Origin: an uncultured Collinsella sp.
GTDB lineage: Bacteria; Actinomycetota; Coriobacteriia; Coriobacteriales; Coriobacteriaceae
DNA length: 64,000 nt
Direction: 5' to 3'
Assembly: GCA_937982065.1 (NCBI GenBank)
Contig: CALJMO010000052.1
Location: 246,327-310,326 of the forward strand
The notes beneath the pieces are model-generated. The model did no database searches, was not told where the DNA came from, and saw nothing but the letters and a program-made list of their open reading frames with translations. Both the position numbers and the translations under genes were made by a program. Position 1 is the stretch's first letter. The number at the start of each line of letters is the position of its first letter. Positions 18,742 through 27,824 of this stretch are shown one piece after another.

Positions 18742-18781
18742 CCGCCGCGAGGGCGGCGAGCGCGTTAAGGAATTTCAGCAT
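18629..18781 (-). CDS. Small hydrophobic peptide with a basic tail (50 aa, MLKFLNALAALAAVGTFVIAFLDSYEVRFKVRRRTRGADGRRHLRRNKRK)
   Basis: Strong RBS GGAGGT 7 nt before the ATG; single TM; 3' end and terminator lie inside repeat copy 1. Confidence 0.4.
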   Translation of the reverse strand: MLKFLNALAALAAVGTFVIAFLDSYEVRFKVRRRTRGADGRRHLRRNKRK

Positions 18782-18964
18782 TTGGGGACCTCCGATCGAG
18801 TCGTCGGCCGCCCGCGCACGGGATGCGTCGCAAAGCCATTTTACTGCGAGTGTATGCACCCACGCCTGGTAAACGCGATTTTGACAAACATTTGTTCGAT
18901 AGTTACAAACACGATCCCTCGCCCAGCGGAGCCTGGCCGCATTGTCCGGTTTTGCCCGACGTGC

Positions 18965-19221
18965 TTGCGTTTTCAAAATGTCCCGAATCGGCGGAGCGAT
19001 TCGGGATACAATAGCTACAGGAAACGACGCACCCCGCGTAAGTACTTAGGAGCGCGGGCGACCAGTTTCCGACGTTGTTAAATGCCCGGGCCTCTAACCC
19101 CGGGCATTCTTATTTGCGCTTGTTGCGGCGCAAATGCCGCCCACCGTCCGCACCGCGCGTGCGCCTACGGACCTTAAACCGAACCTCATACGAGTCAAGA
19201 AACGAGATGACGAACGTGCCC
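18965..19221. repeat. ~260-bp direct repeat, copy 2 (carries only the 3' part of the small ORF, with no start codon)
   Basis: Aligned by eye to copy 1. Confidence 0.8.
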
Positions 19222-19393
19222 GCATCGGACGATGGAGGCTGGCTGCGTTATCTCAAAAAGAACGGGGCAGACTCCAATGCGGAGTCTGCCCCGAAAAGAG
19301 AATGGCAAAGCAAGAACGTTGATGGACGAGAAAAGTGTCCGCAAGTCTCATGGCCATCACATCCCACCTGCCAAGGGGATGGGTGAGCGAGCG

Positions 19394-21193
19394 TTACTCC
19401 TGCTCGGACTCCTCAGCCTGCTTACGGCTGCGGATGAGGTGCGCCACGCCGATGCACAGCACCGCGCCGCCAGCGATCCAAGTAAAGGTCACGCCGTTAA
19501 GGCCGGTAAGCGGGAGGCCGGTGCCCTTCTGGTCGACAATAGTGAAGCTGAGCTTACCGGTAGATACGGCGGCGGAATCTGTCTTAACGACATCCTTATC
19601 AGCCTTGATGTTGGCGAGCTGCTTATCAGGAGTCACATCGGTACCATCTTGTTTAATAGCACCGCGCGCAATGGTAAACGTAACACCATTAGAGGCCGAA
19701 TTATTATATCCAGGAGCAGGCGTAACCTCTTTGAGGATGTAAGTGCCTTCATCGAGACCGACTACATTAATCTGACCATCGCTGTTTGTCTTGAGCGTGG
19801 CATCCTGGGATTTAATGTGTTTTAAGCCTTTGGCGTCAATGTATTGGTCCTGCGGTGTGCCGTTAATAACTTCCTGCAGCGTGAACTCAACATCCTTAAG
19901 ATTTTTATTTTTCCCGCTCTTGTCGAAATCAGAACCCACCTTGGTGACATCGATGCCATAGGTGTAGTCATAGGCAGAATGATCGACCGTAGCACCGATA
20001 CCGTTGCCGTGCGGGTTGTTAGAGTACTCCAGCTTGACCGTGTTCGTCTGAGCCTTGCCCAGCAGCTTATCCTTGTAGATATCCTTAAGCGTACCATCAT
20101 CATTGCAGATAATTTGGGGATCAAGCATGGCCTCATATTCAACGGTCACTCGAGAGTTGGCCGTCACAGGAATCACATGGCCATCCTTGTCCTTGCAATT
20201 CTTGAGATCGCCAAAAGAAACCGTAAACACGTGGTCCTGCTGTCGATAAGCAGGCTCAAATCCTTCCACAACAGTCGTGTCATCGATCTTAACCGTGACA
20301 TTGGGAGTAGTGCTGTTCTCAGCGTCAGTGTACTTGGGCGTCATGGTCTCAGGCAGTTTATCAGTGAAGGTATATTTATAATTACCGAATGTATTGATAT
20401 TATTCGCAACGGTACCGACAAGCCGATACTTAACGTAATCGCCAATAGCGGAGTCTGCACCCTTGTTGGGAGAAGTGAGAATGTCGCTGCCGCCAAACGT
20501 CCAGTTATCATCGTCAAGGACGGCCTTGTTGACTGTAGGAATGCTGGTCTTCTCTGTAACGATAACGGGGTCGCCACCGACAATAGCGAAAATTGGCGAA
20601 GTGCCGGTATTTGCTTTCTTGCTTGCATCAGTTGATGCGCTAATGCTGCCGCTGTCAGTCAAAAAGAGGTAGTAGCCCGAATTATCAAAGGAGACTGGAG
20701 AATTCGCAACGAACGCAGCACCACTAGCACCATTTGGCTTGACGGGATCGGTGGCCTCGACCAAACTGGCAATCTTATTGAGCAGGGCATCGTTATCAAC
20801 AGCCCCCGCACTCTGGATATTCTCAGCCAGCCAGTTAGCAACGTCCTGCGCAGTCGCGCCAGTTTTGGGAAGTTGCTTTTTCGATGTGCTGTAGTTATCG
20901 CTGCTCGTGATTTCCGAGATTATTTCCGCCTGAATCCCAGTATCCACGGCCCATTTGACATTGGAAACAACCTTTTTGTCTCCCTCGTTTATAACATCCG
21001 CATTGAAAATCCGATAGGCCTTGAACTTGGTGAGTGCATTGTCATCAACCTGCCTAATCGTAATGCTGTTGTCCGAAGTCGTCGCACCCTCAGCAAACGC
21101 CATGGTCACCGGGGCCATGACTCCGCCGAAGCTCAGCGCTGCTGTGAGGCCGGCGGTTACTGCCAGGCGTGCGATGTTCTTGCTCATGCTCAT
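19394..21193 (-). CDS. LPXTG-anchored pilin subunit (Cna-B/isopeptide-type), lower-GC gene
   Basis: Signal peptide; E-box-like 'YILKEVTPAPGY'; C-terminal LPLTG + TM + RSRK sorting signal. Confidence 0.8.
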   Translation of the reverse strand: MSMSKNIARLAVTAGLTAALSFGGVMAPVTMAFAEGATTSDNSITIRQVDDNALTKFKAYRIFNADVINEGDKKVVSNVKWAVDTGIQAEIISEITSSDNYSTSKKQLPKTGATAQDVANWLAENIQSAGAVDNDALLNKIASLVEATDPVKPNGASGAAFVANSPVSFDNSGYYLFLTDSGSISASTDASKKANTGTSPIFAIVGGDPVIVTEKTSIPTVNKAVLDDDNWTFGGSDILTSPNKGADSAIGDYVKYRLVGTVANNINTFGNYKYTFTDKLPETMTPKYTDAENSTTPNVTVKIDDTTVVEGFEPAYRQQDHVFTVSFGDLKNCKDKDGHVIPVTANSRVTVEYEAMLDPQIICNDDGTLKDIYKDKLLGKAQTNTVKLEYSNNPHGNGIGATVDHSAYDYTYGIDVTKVGSDFDKSGKNKNLKDVEFTLQEVINGTPQDQYIDAKGLKHIKSQDATLKTNSDGQINVVGLDEGTYILKEVTPAPGYNNSASNGVTFTIARGAIKQDGTDVTPDKQLANIKADKDVVKTDSAAVSTGKLSFTIVDQKGTGLPLTGLNGVTFTWIAGGAVLCIGVAHLIRSRKQAEESEQE

Positions 21194-21301
21194 CTTCTTT
21201 TCCTCTGCTTTCTGCCCGAATTCCATTTGATCTAAATCTGTCTGTCTGTGTCTTAGCATCTACTTCGCTACGTCTCGCCCCGCTCTCTGTGGGGCTGCCA
21301 G

Positions 21302-22972
21302 CTACTCTTTATGGCTGCCACCTCCCCGCTTGACCAGGAGCGCGACCGCGATGAGCGCGGCTCCGGCGACCGCTGCGGCGGCCGCGGCGTACATTGCCAT
21401 ATCGCCAGTCGAGGGCATAAAGCCTCCGGTGGTAATGCTAGGGGGCGTGCCGGTGGGCGTGTTGATGAGCGACGCCTCTAGGCTGCCCGTCGACCCGTCC
21501 GCGCTGTCGGCGCGCAGGGGCGACTCGGCCGTGACGGTGAGTTTGGGCTTGGCGGCGGTCACCTGGTCGACGTCCAGGCCCTCGGCCGTAACCGTCACCG
21601 TACGTTTGCCCTCAAAGGCGGTGTAGCCCTTGGGCGCCTTGAGCTCGCGGACCTCCAGCTTGCCCGAGTCCACGCCCGAGACGGTCACGCGGCCGTCCTC
21701 GCCCGTGGTGACGGTGGCCTTGCCCTCCGCATCCCACGTGCCGTCGGCCGCCAGTGTGCGACCGCGGTCGTCGGCGATGCTCAGGACCGCCCCGGCAAGC
21801 GGCTTGTCGCCGTCGCTGCCGCGCTTGGTGAGCGCGAGATCCCAGGTGTAGGCGCACGCGTCGTCGCTCGGCGTGCGGGTGAAGCCGGCGTCGCCGGACT
21901 GGTCGGCAAAGGGAGAGCGCGGGTAGCGCAGGTAGACCTCGTTGGGGTTGCCCTTCGCGATGCCGTGGTTGCATGCGCCGTTGAGCGGTGCGCTGTACAC
22001 GGCGACCACGCGGGCGCCCGCGGCGAAGGCGTCGGCCCCGCCGAGCTCGGCGATGAGGTCGCCGGTGCGCACGGTGAAGGTCTTACCGTCGGCCGCTACC
22101 TTGGTGGCGCACTGGGCCGTGATGTCGGCCCAGCCCTTCGCGGGCTCGGTGCCGGCGCGGCCGTCCTTGCCGGCCGAGACGGCGTCGAAGCCGCCGTCCG
22201 CGCCCGCCGCCACGTACACGCGCATGCTCGCTGCCACCTTGGAGGGGTCGAGTCCCGCGCCCATGGTGTCGACGAACTGCACCGTATAGGTGTCGTAGGC
22301 AGTGAGCCCGGCCGGGACCGTGGCCGAGAGGCGCCAGTACAGGTCGTCGGCGACCGTGGCGTCGGCGGCCTTCTGCCAGGCGGCTGTGCCGTCCTCCAGC
22401 ACGTGCTTGGAGACCTTGGGGGTCGCCGCCTTGGGCTTGACGGCGACGGCGCCGCCGCCCACCAGGGCCATGATCGGCGCGGTGCCGGCCTCGTTCTGGG
22501 CGATGGCGTCGTCGTCGGCGACGATGAGCCAGTATCCGCTGGGCAGCTCGGCCGCCGTGCCCGCGTTAAGGGCCATGGACACGGCGCCAGAGCTCTGGAG
22601 GGAACGAGCGAGCTGTGCGCTCAGCGCGCTCGTAAGGTGGGAATCGGTGTTGAGCCACTCGGCAGCTTCCTGCGCGGTGGTCTGGGAATTGGGCATGCCG
22701 GCGCTGTGCAGCACAGGCAGCGCAGCGTCGCGCACGGCGTCGCTTGCCCAGGCGAGGTCGGTGGCGATCTTGGCGTCGCTGTCGCCGTCGACGACGTTGG
22801 CGCTAAAGATCTGGTAGGCGTCGTAGCTGCTTGCCACGGTGCCGCTCACCGTGATGGAACCGGTCGAGGTCGGCACGGCCTGCGCGGATGCGGGGAACAC
22901 AACCGCGCAGGTGCCAATCAGGAGGGCAAGCAGCGCAAACAAGATCGGGAAGGAGCAAACTTTCTTATTCAC
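21302..22972 (-). CDS. Pilin-like surface protein with atypical sorting motif (FMPSTG); high-GC gene
   Basis: GTG start gives signal peptide MNKKVCSFPILFALLALLIGTCAVVFPASAQA (RBS GGGAGG); E-box 'LEVRELKAPKGY'; C-terminal MPSTG + hydrophobic segment + KRGG. Confidence 0.7.
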   Translation of the reverse strand: MNKKVCSFPILFALLALLIGTCAVVFPASAQAVPTSTGSITVSGTVASSYDAYQIFSANVVDGDSDAKIATDLAWASDAVRDAALPVLHSAGMPNSQTTAQEAAEWLNTDSHLTSALSAQLARSLQSSGAVSMALNAGTAAELPSGYWLIVADDDAIAQNEAGTAPIMALVGGGAVAVKPKAATPKVSKHVLEDGTAAWQKAADATVADDLYWRLSATVPAGLTAYDTYTVQFVDTMGAGLDPSKVAASMRVYVAAGADGGFDAVSAGKDGRAGTEPAKGWADITAQCATKVAADGKTFTVRTGDLIAELGGADAFAAGARVVAVYSAPLNGACNHGIAKGNPNEVYLRYPRSPFADQSGDAGFTRTPSDDACAYTWDLALTKRGSDGDKPLAGAVLSIADDRGRTLAADGTWDAEGKATVTTGEDGRVTVSGVDSGKLEVRELKAPKGYTAFEGKRTVTVTAEGLDVDQVTAAKPKLTVTAESPLRADSADGSTGSLEASLINTPTGTPPSITTGGFMPSTGDMAMYAAAAAAVAGAALIAVALLVKRGGGSHKE

Positions 22973-25900
22973 GACGCTTACCTCCCTTCGCATTCGCCTT
23001 GCGACGAATGTGCATCCAGGCCGCAGCAGCGCAAAGCACCGCCGCGCCGGCAAGGTATGTCACAGTGACGCCCGACATACCGGATAGAGGCAGAGTGGTG
23101 GAGTAGGTGTTGGTGAAGGTGGAGGCGGGAATGGCGTCGGGCGCGGCGGCGGAGGGTTGAACCACGACGCCCTGCCCGTTCTCACCCAGGGCGTTACCCA
23201 TGTCATCCTTCATCTGCGTGACCGTGGTGGAGGTGGTGAGGCCGGAGTACTTACCATTGTCCCTGGCAACCTTCACCGTGACGGCAACCTGGTACTCGGC
23301 CTTGGAGTAGCGGAGCTTATTGACGGCACCGGTGGCGGGCGCGACCTCCTTTACCGTGTAGGTGTAGGTCTTGGCGTAGTCGTTATCGGTGCCTGCTTCA
23401 GTGGACAGGTGCGACATGTTGAACGTAATCGCGCCAAAGGTCGCCGTGATGTTGTTGAGCCTGGTGGCGTCAGTCTCCCCTGCCTTTGGGGCAACAGAAA
23501 TCTTGAGCTCTTTGGGCTTGGGGGCTGTGTCTGCGTAGTCACCCGTAGCCTCAATGCTGAACTCGAACGGCACATAGCCTTTGTCGCCCTTCGGCCAATC
23601 CATGTTTCGAACCGATTTGATCACCGGGATCTCCACGGACGTGGTGGTGAGAGTGTCAGAGATGTACGTAGTGCCATCAACGATGCTCGGCTTCTCGTCC
23701 CCGGTCCACGCAATGGAACCGTTCGTGTTCACCGTGAACCAATATTCCGTCGGGTTCTTCTCGTAGCCAAACGGAGCCTGGGTCTCAACAAGCGTGTACG
23801 TGCCCGGCAGCAGGCCCTCGAGCGTGAACTTGCCAGGCGCGGTGTCGGTGTCTACCCACGTGGTATCGCTCGAAGTCGACTGGTCGCTCACCTGGTCGAT
23901 CACGGTCCAGGACTGGTCGGCCGTACTATCGGCATCCTTTTTCTTGGTGAGCTTCCACTCAGAACCAGGCAAAGGAGTGTGTTTTGTGTCGTCCTCCGCC
24001 ACCTTGGTCCAAGACACCGTACCGGTGATCCTGGCGTTGGGGATGGCACCCGTAAGGTTATTCTCGAACGGGACCAGTGAGTTGCGATTTGCCGTATCCA
24101 CATAGCCCTGAACGTAGTTGACCGTCTCACCAGCATTGTTCATGGTGGCATAGTAGATCTTGTCCGAAACCTGGTAACCCTCCGGCGCCGTCTCCTCTTT
24201 GATGTAATACGTGAAGTACTTGGTATCCTTGGGATCGCCGATGTTGGCCTTCTGATTCAAATAGTTGAACTGAAGCTCGCCATGAACCGAAGCGTAATCA
24301 TTTGCGCCACCGTCAGTCACCGTCACGATAGCGTGTTGGCCCGCGACAGCATCCTCGACAGAACCATAGATAGCCCACGAGGAACCGGGGAGCAGCGTAG
24401 TGCCGTCCGCAGCGTCGACCTTGCTCCACGCAATGGCAGAGCCGTCCGGTGTATACGACCCGGACCACGGGAAGTTGTGACGCTCCTGATCCATATCGAT
24501 GACGGAAGCCGAGTTACCCTCACCAAATGCTGCGGCAACCTTCGGGCTGTTCATTGAGAAATCGACGCCCACATAAACGCGACCGTTGGTAGTCACATGG
24601 TCGTCGAAACTTCCGTTGGGAACGAGAATCGATCCGATCATAGCCGCCGCAGGATCGTCGTCAGTCCACTTAGCACCGCTGACTGTGCCACTGTATCCCC
24701 AGTCCGCGCGGTCCTCTCCCGCGATGCCGCCTCGAATGGTAAGGCTGGTGGTATCGACGAAGTTCCACATGATGGACTGGGAGGCCAGCGAGTATTTCGC
24801 GTCAAGGTCTTTCTTGGCGTACTGACTCTCGTAACCGCGAGATATTTCTGTATCTCCCCACCAGAAGCGCCAGCCGTTGTGGAACTCGACAGGATTAGTA
24901 CCTGTAACGTTCACGACAATGGATGCGCCTTCGGGGATATTGGTGAACTTAAAGTCGACGCCGCGGTAGTAGACGCCATCCTTCCAGTTGGAGAGCTCGG
25001 AACCGGCGATGGTGAAGACCTGTTGCATAGAAGTTCCATCGCCGGTAAAGGTGATGAGTCGCTCGGTGTTGCGAATCATATTGTTCGGGATTCCGGTATC
25101 GAGCGCACCGGAAACAGACTTGCCGCTACCATCGTCGCTACCATCGAATTTGAGTGTATAGCTTGTTCCGTCGTTATTGTACTTGTTGATGACGTAGTTG
25201 CTATTAGGCTCTGCAAAGCCGTTGACATCCACCTCGCCGGTATCTTCAAACGAGTCGAGCTGTTTCGATAGCTTCGAGAGGTATCCATTTGTACCGTTAT
25301 AGCTCGAATAATCGCTACCGTTGACATTAGTCAAATCAACAGCTTTATTGAACAGGGTGCTTTCCAGAGCAGACAAGCCCTCGTACCAATTACCCTGCAT
25401 TGTCACCACAGACTGGCGTTTATACTCGCTATCGCGCCAGTATGTGATGGGGCCTGCGATTTGCGCGGTGTAGGCAAAGCCGGAAGGAGTCGCGCCCTCA
25501 GAAGGTCTCTGCTGTCCGACCCAAGCGCCTTTGTTCCAAGCGCCAACGGTAGTCGCCCCCGGCAAGTTGCCGTTGTAACCAACGCTCATTTTGGTGATCG
25601 CACTGTCGATTCCGGCGACCGCAAGCACGGTGCTGCCGTAGACAGGACGGAACTGGGAACCAAAACCAACGGTGCCAAAGCGGAAACCAGCGCCGCCACT
25701 ATTATTATAGGGCCAGCTCTCTTTGAGTGGATTCATGGCAAGCTTGCCACGGACCACGGTAAGGCCCTCCGCCTCAGCGGCATATGAGCCGGTGGGGGCG
25801 TTGTCCGCATCAAGATTACTAGTGTCGCTCGGCTTACCACCGATGTACATGTCGCGGCCGACGTAGGTGGCCACGCCGGGATCGGGGGTGGAGACATCGA

Positions 25901-26282
25901 TATTCGTACCGATACCGATAGACGTGGGAACGTAAATTCCCGGCTTCACGGTGGCCGTCGCTCCCGCTGAAGCCGCATTCGCACTCTGAGCCTGCTCAAC
26001 ACTATTTGAAGAGCCAGACTCGCCGCCATCGGTCTCGTCGCTATTCTGGTTTTCGGCATCCTCGCTGGTGTTACCTACAGCAGCGGACTCACTTGAGGAA
26101 CCCCCCCCCATTACAGTTTCCGCGGTAGAAACTGTCTGGGCATCGTTGGCGATGGCCTGCGAGATCGGGGGCATGACGAGCGACAGTACCAGGCTCAACA
26201 CGGAGGCTCCGCACAAAACGCCTGCCAGTACACGGCGCGTCGCTTTTTTGCTCTGCTTAGATTTGTCTGAATTCGCTTTCAT
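22965..26282 (-). CDS. Large LPXTG pilus tip adhesin (1105 aa) with C-terminal Cna-B-type domains
   Basis: Signal peptide; 'TLEGLLPGTYTLVETQAPFGYEK'; C-terminal LPLSG + TM + RRKANAKGGKRRE; strong RBS GGGGAGGAG. Confidence 0.8.
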   Translation of the reverse strand: MKANSDKSKQSKKATRRVLAGVLCGASVLSLVLSLVMPPISQAIANDAQTVSTAETVMGGGSSSESAAVGNTSEDAENQNSDETDGGESGSSNSVEQAQSANAASAGATATVKPGIYVPTSIGIGTNIDVSTPDPGVATYVGRDMYIGGKPSDTSNLDADNAPTGSYAAEAEGLTVVRGKLAMNPLKESWPYNNSGGAGFRFGTVGFGSQFRPVYGSTVLAVAGIDSAITKMSVGYNGNLPGATTVGAWNKGAWVGQQRPSEGATPSGFAYTAQIAGPITYWRDSEYKRQSVVTMQGNWYEGLSALESTLFNKAVDLTNVNGSDYSSYNGTNGYLSKLSKQLDSFEDTGEVDVNGFAEPNSNYVINKYNNDGTSYTLKFDGSDDGSGKSVSGALDTGIPNNMIRNTERLITFTGDGTSMQQVFTIAGSELSNWKDGVYYRGVDFKFTNIPEGASIVVNVTGTNPVEFHNGWRFWWGDTEISRGYESQYAKKDLDAKYSLASQSIMWNFVDTTSLTIRGGIAGEDRADWGYSGTVSGAKWTDDDPAAAMIGSILVPNGSFDDHVTTNGRVYVGVDFSMNSPKVAAAFGEGNSASVIDMDQERHNFPWSGSYTPDGSAIAWSKVDAADGTTLLPGSSWAIYGSVEDAVAGQHAIVTVTDGGANDYASVHGELQFNYLNQKANIGDPKDTKYFTYYIKEETAPEGYQVSDKIYYATMNNAGETVNYVQGYVDTANRNSLVPFENNLTGAIPNARITGTVSWTKVAEDDTKHTPLPGSEWKLTKKKDADSTADQSWTVIDQVSDQSTSSDTTWVDTDTAPGKFTLEGLLPGTYTLVETQAPFGYEKNPTEYWFTVNTNGSIAWTGDEKPSIVDGTTYISDTLTTTSVEIPVIKSVRNMDWPKGDKGYVPFEFSIEATGDYADTAPKPKELKISVAPKAGETDATRLNNITATFGAITFNMSHLSTEAGTDNDYAKTYTYTVKEVAPATGAVNKLRYSKAEYQVAVTVKVARDNGKYSGLTTSTTVTQMKDDMGNALGENGQGVVVQPSAAAPDAIPASTFTNTYSTTLPLSGMSGVTVTYLAGAAVLCAAAAWMHIRRKANAKGGKRRE

Positions 26283-26740
26283 CGATGTCTCCTCCCCAAG
26301 AGACCGCGATCTTGCTCTTTCACTATCAAACGTATCTGCGCAACCTGCAATTGCACACGCTTATAGTACATATTGTAACGATTGTTTGAACATCTAAGCA
26401 AAAATACCGATAGTTTTGTAGCGAATTCTCAATTCTCTTGACATTTGCTCGGATTAACCTTCGTTTATTCGTTATTTAGTTTTTATTTCTGCTGGTAATT
26501 TAGTTGCCTATCATTTTTTAATAGCATTTTATTTATTTGCACAACATTTTGCTCAAGAGTAAACATCCTGTGAACGGTTGAAAATCGACCGTGAGCGGTA
26601 GGTCATCAACCGGGAGGAATACCCTACCAAACTGATGAGAATATCTTTAACCCATCGGTGGTTAGAAGCGTAATGTTCAGACAACTAAATTTGAATTTTC
26701 GCGCAGATTTTAGGCATCAATTCGCCCAAATCGCCTGAGG
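26283..26740. promoter_or_regulatory. AT-rich (~30% GC over 26400-26560) upstream region of the pilus operon
   Basis: Strong compositional break against a ~65% GC background. Confidence 0.5.
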
Positions 26741-26773
26741 CCACCACAAAGGTGCCTGTCCCCTTTGTGGTGG
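26741..26773. repeat. REP family A hairpin
   Basis: Exact CCACCACAAAGGTGCCTGTCCCCTTTGTGGTGG. Confidence 0.75.
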
Positions 26774-26786
26774 TTCTCCCCCGGCG

Positions 26787-27608
26787 CTAAAGCAGATGCT
26801 CCTCGATAAAGATCGCGATGCCGTCTTTGTCGTTGCTCGCGGTTACAAAATCGGCGGCGGCACGGGTGGCATCGCTGCCATTTGCCATGGCCACACCCAC
26901 GCCGGCGTCAGCCACCATGCAGGTGTCGTTGTCTGCATCGCCAAACACGCAGATGTCCTGGAGCTCCATGTCGTTGAGCTCCGCCACGCGCACAAGGCCG
27001 CGCGTCTTAGACACGCGCGGATCCATGAACTCGTAGAGCCGCTGCGTGGTTTGCAGAGCCGCCGCCTTAACGGTGTTATCGGCAAACGTCGATGCTCGCT
27101 CGATGACCTGCGGCATCACCTCAGGCGCCATGGTAAACATCACCTTGGGCTGCGGCTCGCGCAAAAACTCGGCAAAATCGACCACCTGGTAGGGCACGCC
27201 GTCGACGCGCGACAGGTGCTCGACGCACGCGTTGCTCTCGGGCACGTAGAACACGCCGTCTCGGGGACAGACGGGCGTTGCCGGAAGGTCCGCCATGTGC
27301 TTGCAGATGCGCGCGATGGTCTCGCCCGGCAGCGGATAGCTCAGCTCGTTGATGTCGTGCGCACGGTCGATGACCTCGGCACCACCGCAGCCCACCATCA
27401 CGTCCACCAGGCCTTCGATGCCCCAGAGCTCGTACATGGCCTCGGTCGCGTGGGCGTCGCGCCCGGTGCACAGGCCAAAGAGCACGCCGCGCTCGCGCAG
27501 GGCGCGGATCGCCGCCACGGTGCGCGGGGACACCGTGTGCTGGCTCGTAAGCAGCGTGCCGTCGATATCGCAGAACACGGCTTTGATGTGGCTGAAGGTG
27601 GTGTCCAT
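26787..27608 (-). CDS. HAD-superfamily hydrolase, Cof-type (HAD-IIB)
   Basis: 'VFCDIDGTLL' motif I; 'GDADND' motif IV. Confidence 0.8.
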   Translation of the reverse strand: MDTTFSHIKAVFCDIDGTLLTSQHTVSPRTVAAIRALRERGVLFGLCTGRDAHATEAMYELWGIEGLVDVMVGCGGAEVIDRAHDINELSYPLPGETIARICKHMADLPATPVCPRDGVFYVPESNACVEHLSRVDGVPYQVVDFAEFLREPQPKVMFTMAPEVMPQVIERASTFADNTVKAAALQTTQRLYEFMDPRVSKTRGLVRVAELNDMELQDICVFGDADNDTCMVADAGVGVAMANGSDATRAAADFVTASNDKDGIAIFIEEHLL

Positions 27609-27697
27609 GGGGGCCTTTCTGGGTTGTGCGGCGGTGTGGGGCGTATTCGTGAACGGCGTACATGGTATACCAAGGCGCAGGCCGTTGGGGCCCGATC

Positions 27698-27729
27698 GCC
27701 ACAAAGGTGCCTGCCCCCTTGTGGTGGCC
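27698..27729. repeat. REP family A hairpin (variant)
   Basis: gccacaaaggtgcctgcccccttgtggtggcc. Confidence 0.65.
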
Positions 27730-27763
27730 GGACCCGAAGGGTGGCCTGGCCCGGGGCGCAAAG

Positions 27764-27821
27764 CATCACAACATTCGACGTTTTTCGGCAAAATCGCGAT
27801 TTTCATCGAATGTTGTGATGG
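27764..27821. repeat. REP family B hairpin
   Basis: 15-bp stem CATCACAACATTCGA/TCGAATGTTGTGATG. Confidence 0.7.
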
Positions 27822-27824
27822 TTT

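Noticed and set aside
19134-19322. Plus-strand ORFs inside repeat copy 2 (for example MPPTVRTARAPTDLKPNLIRVKK…)
   Set aside because: They mirror ORFs in copy 1 and are artefacts of the repeat; no RBS is present. The minus-strand small ORF in copy 1 is the only one with translation signals.
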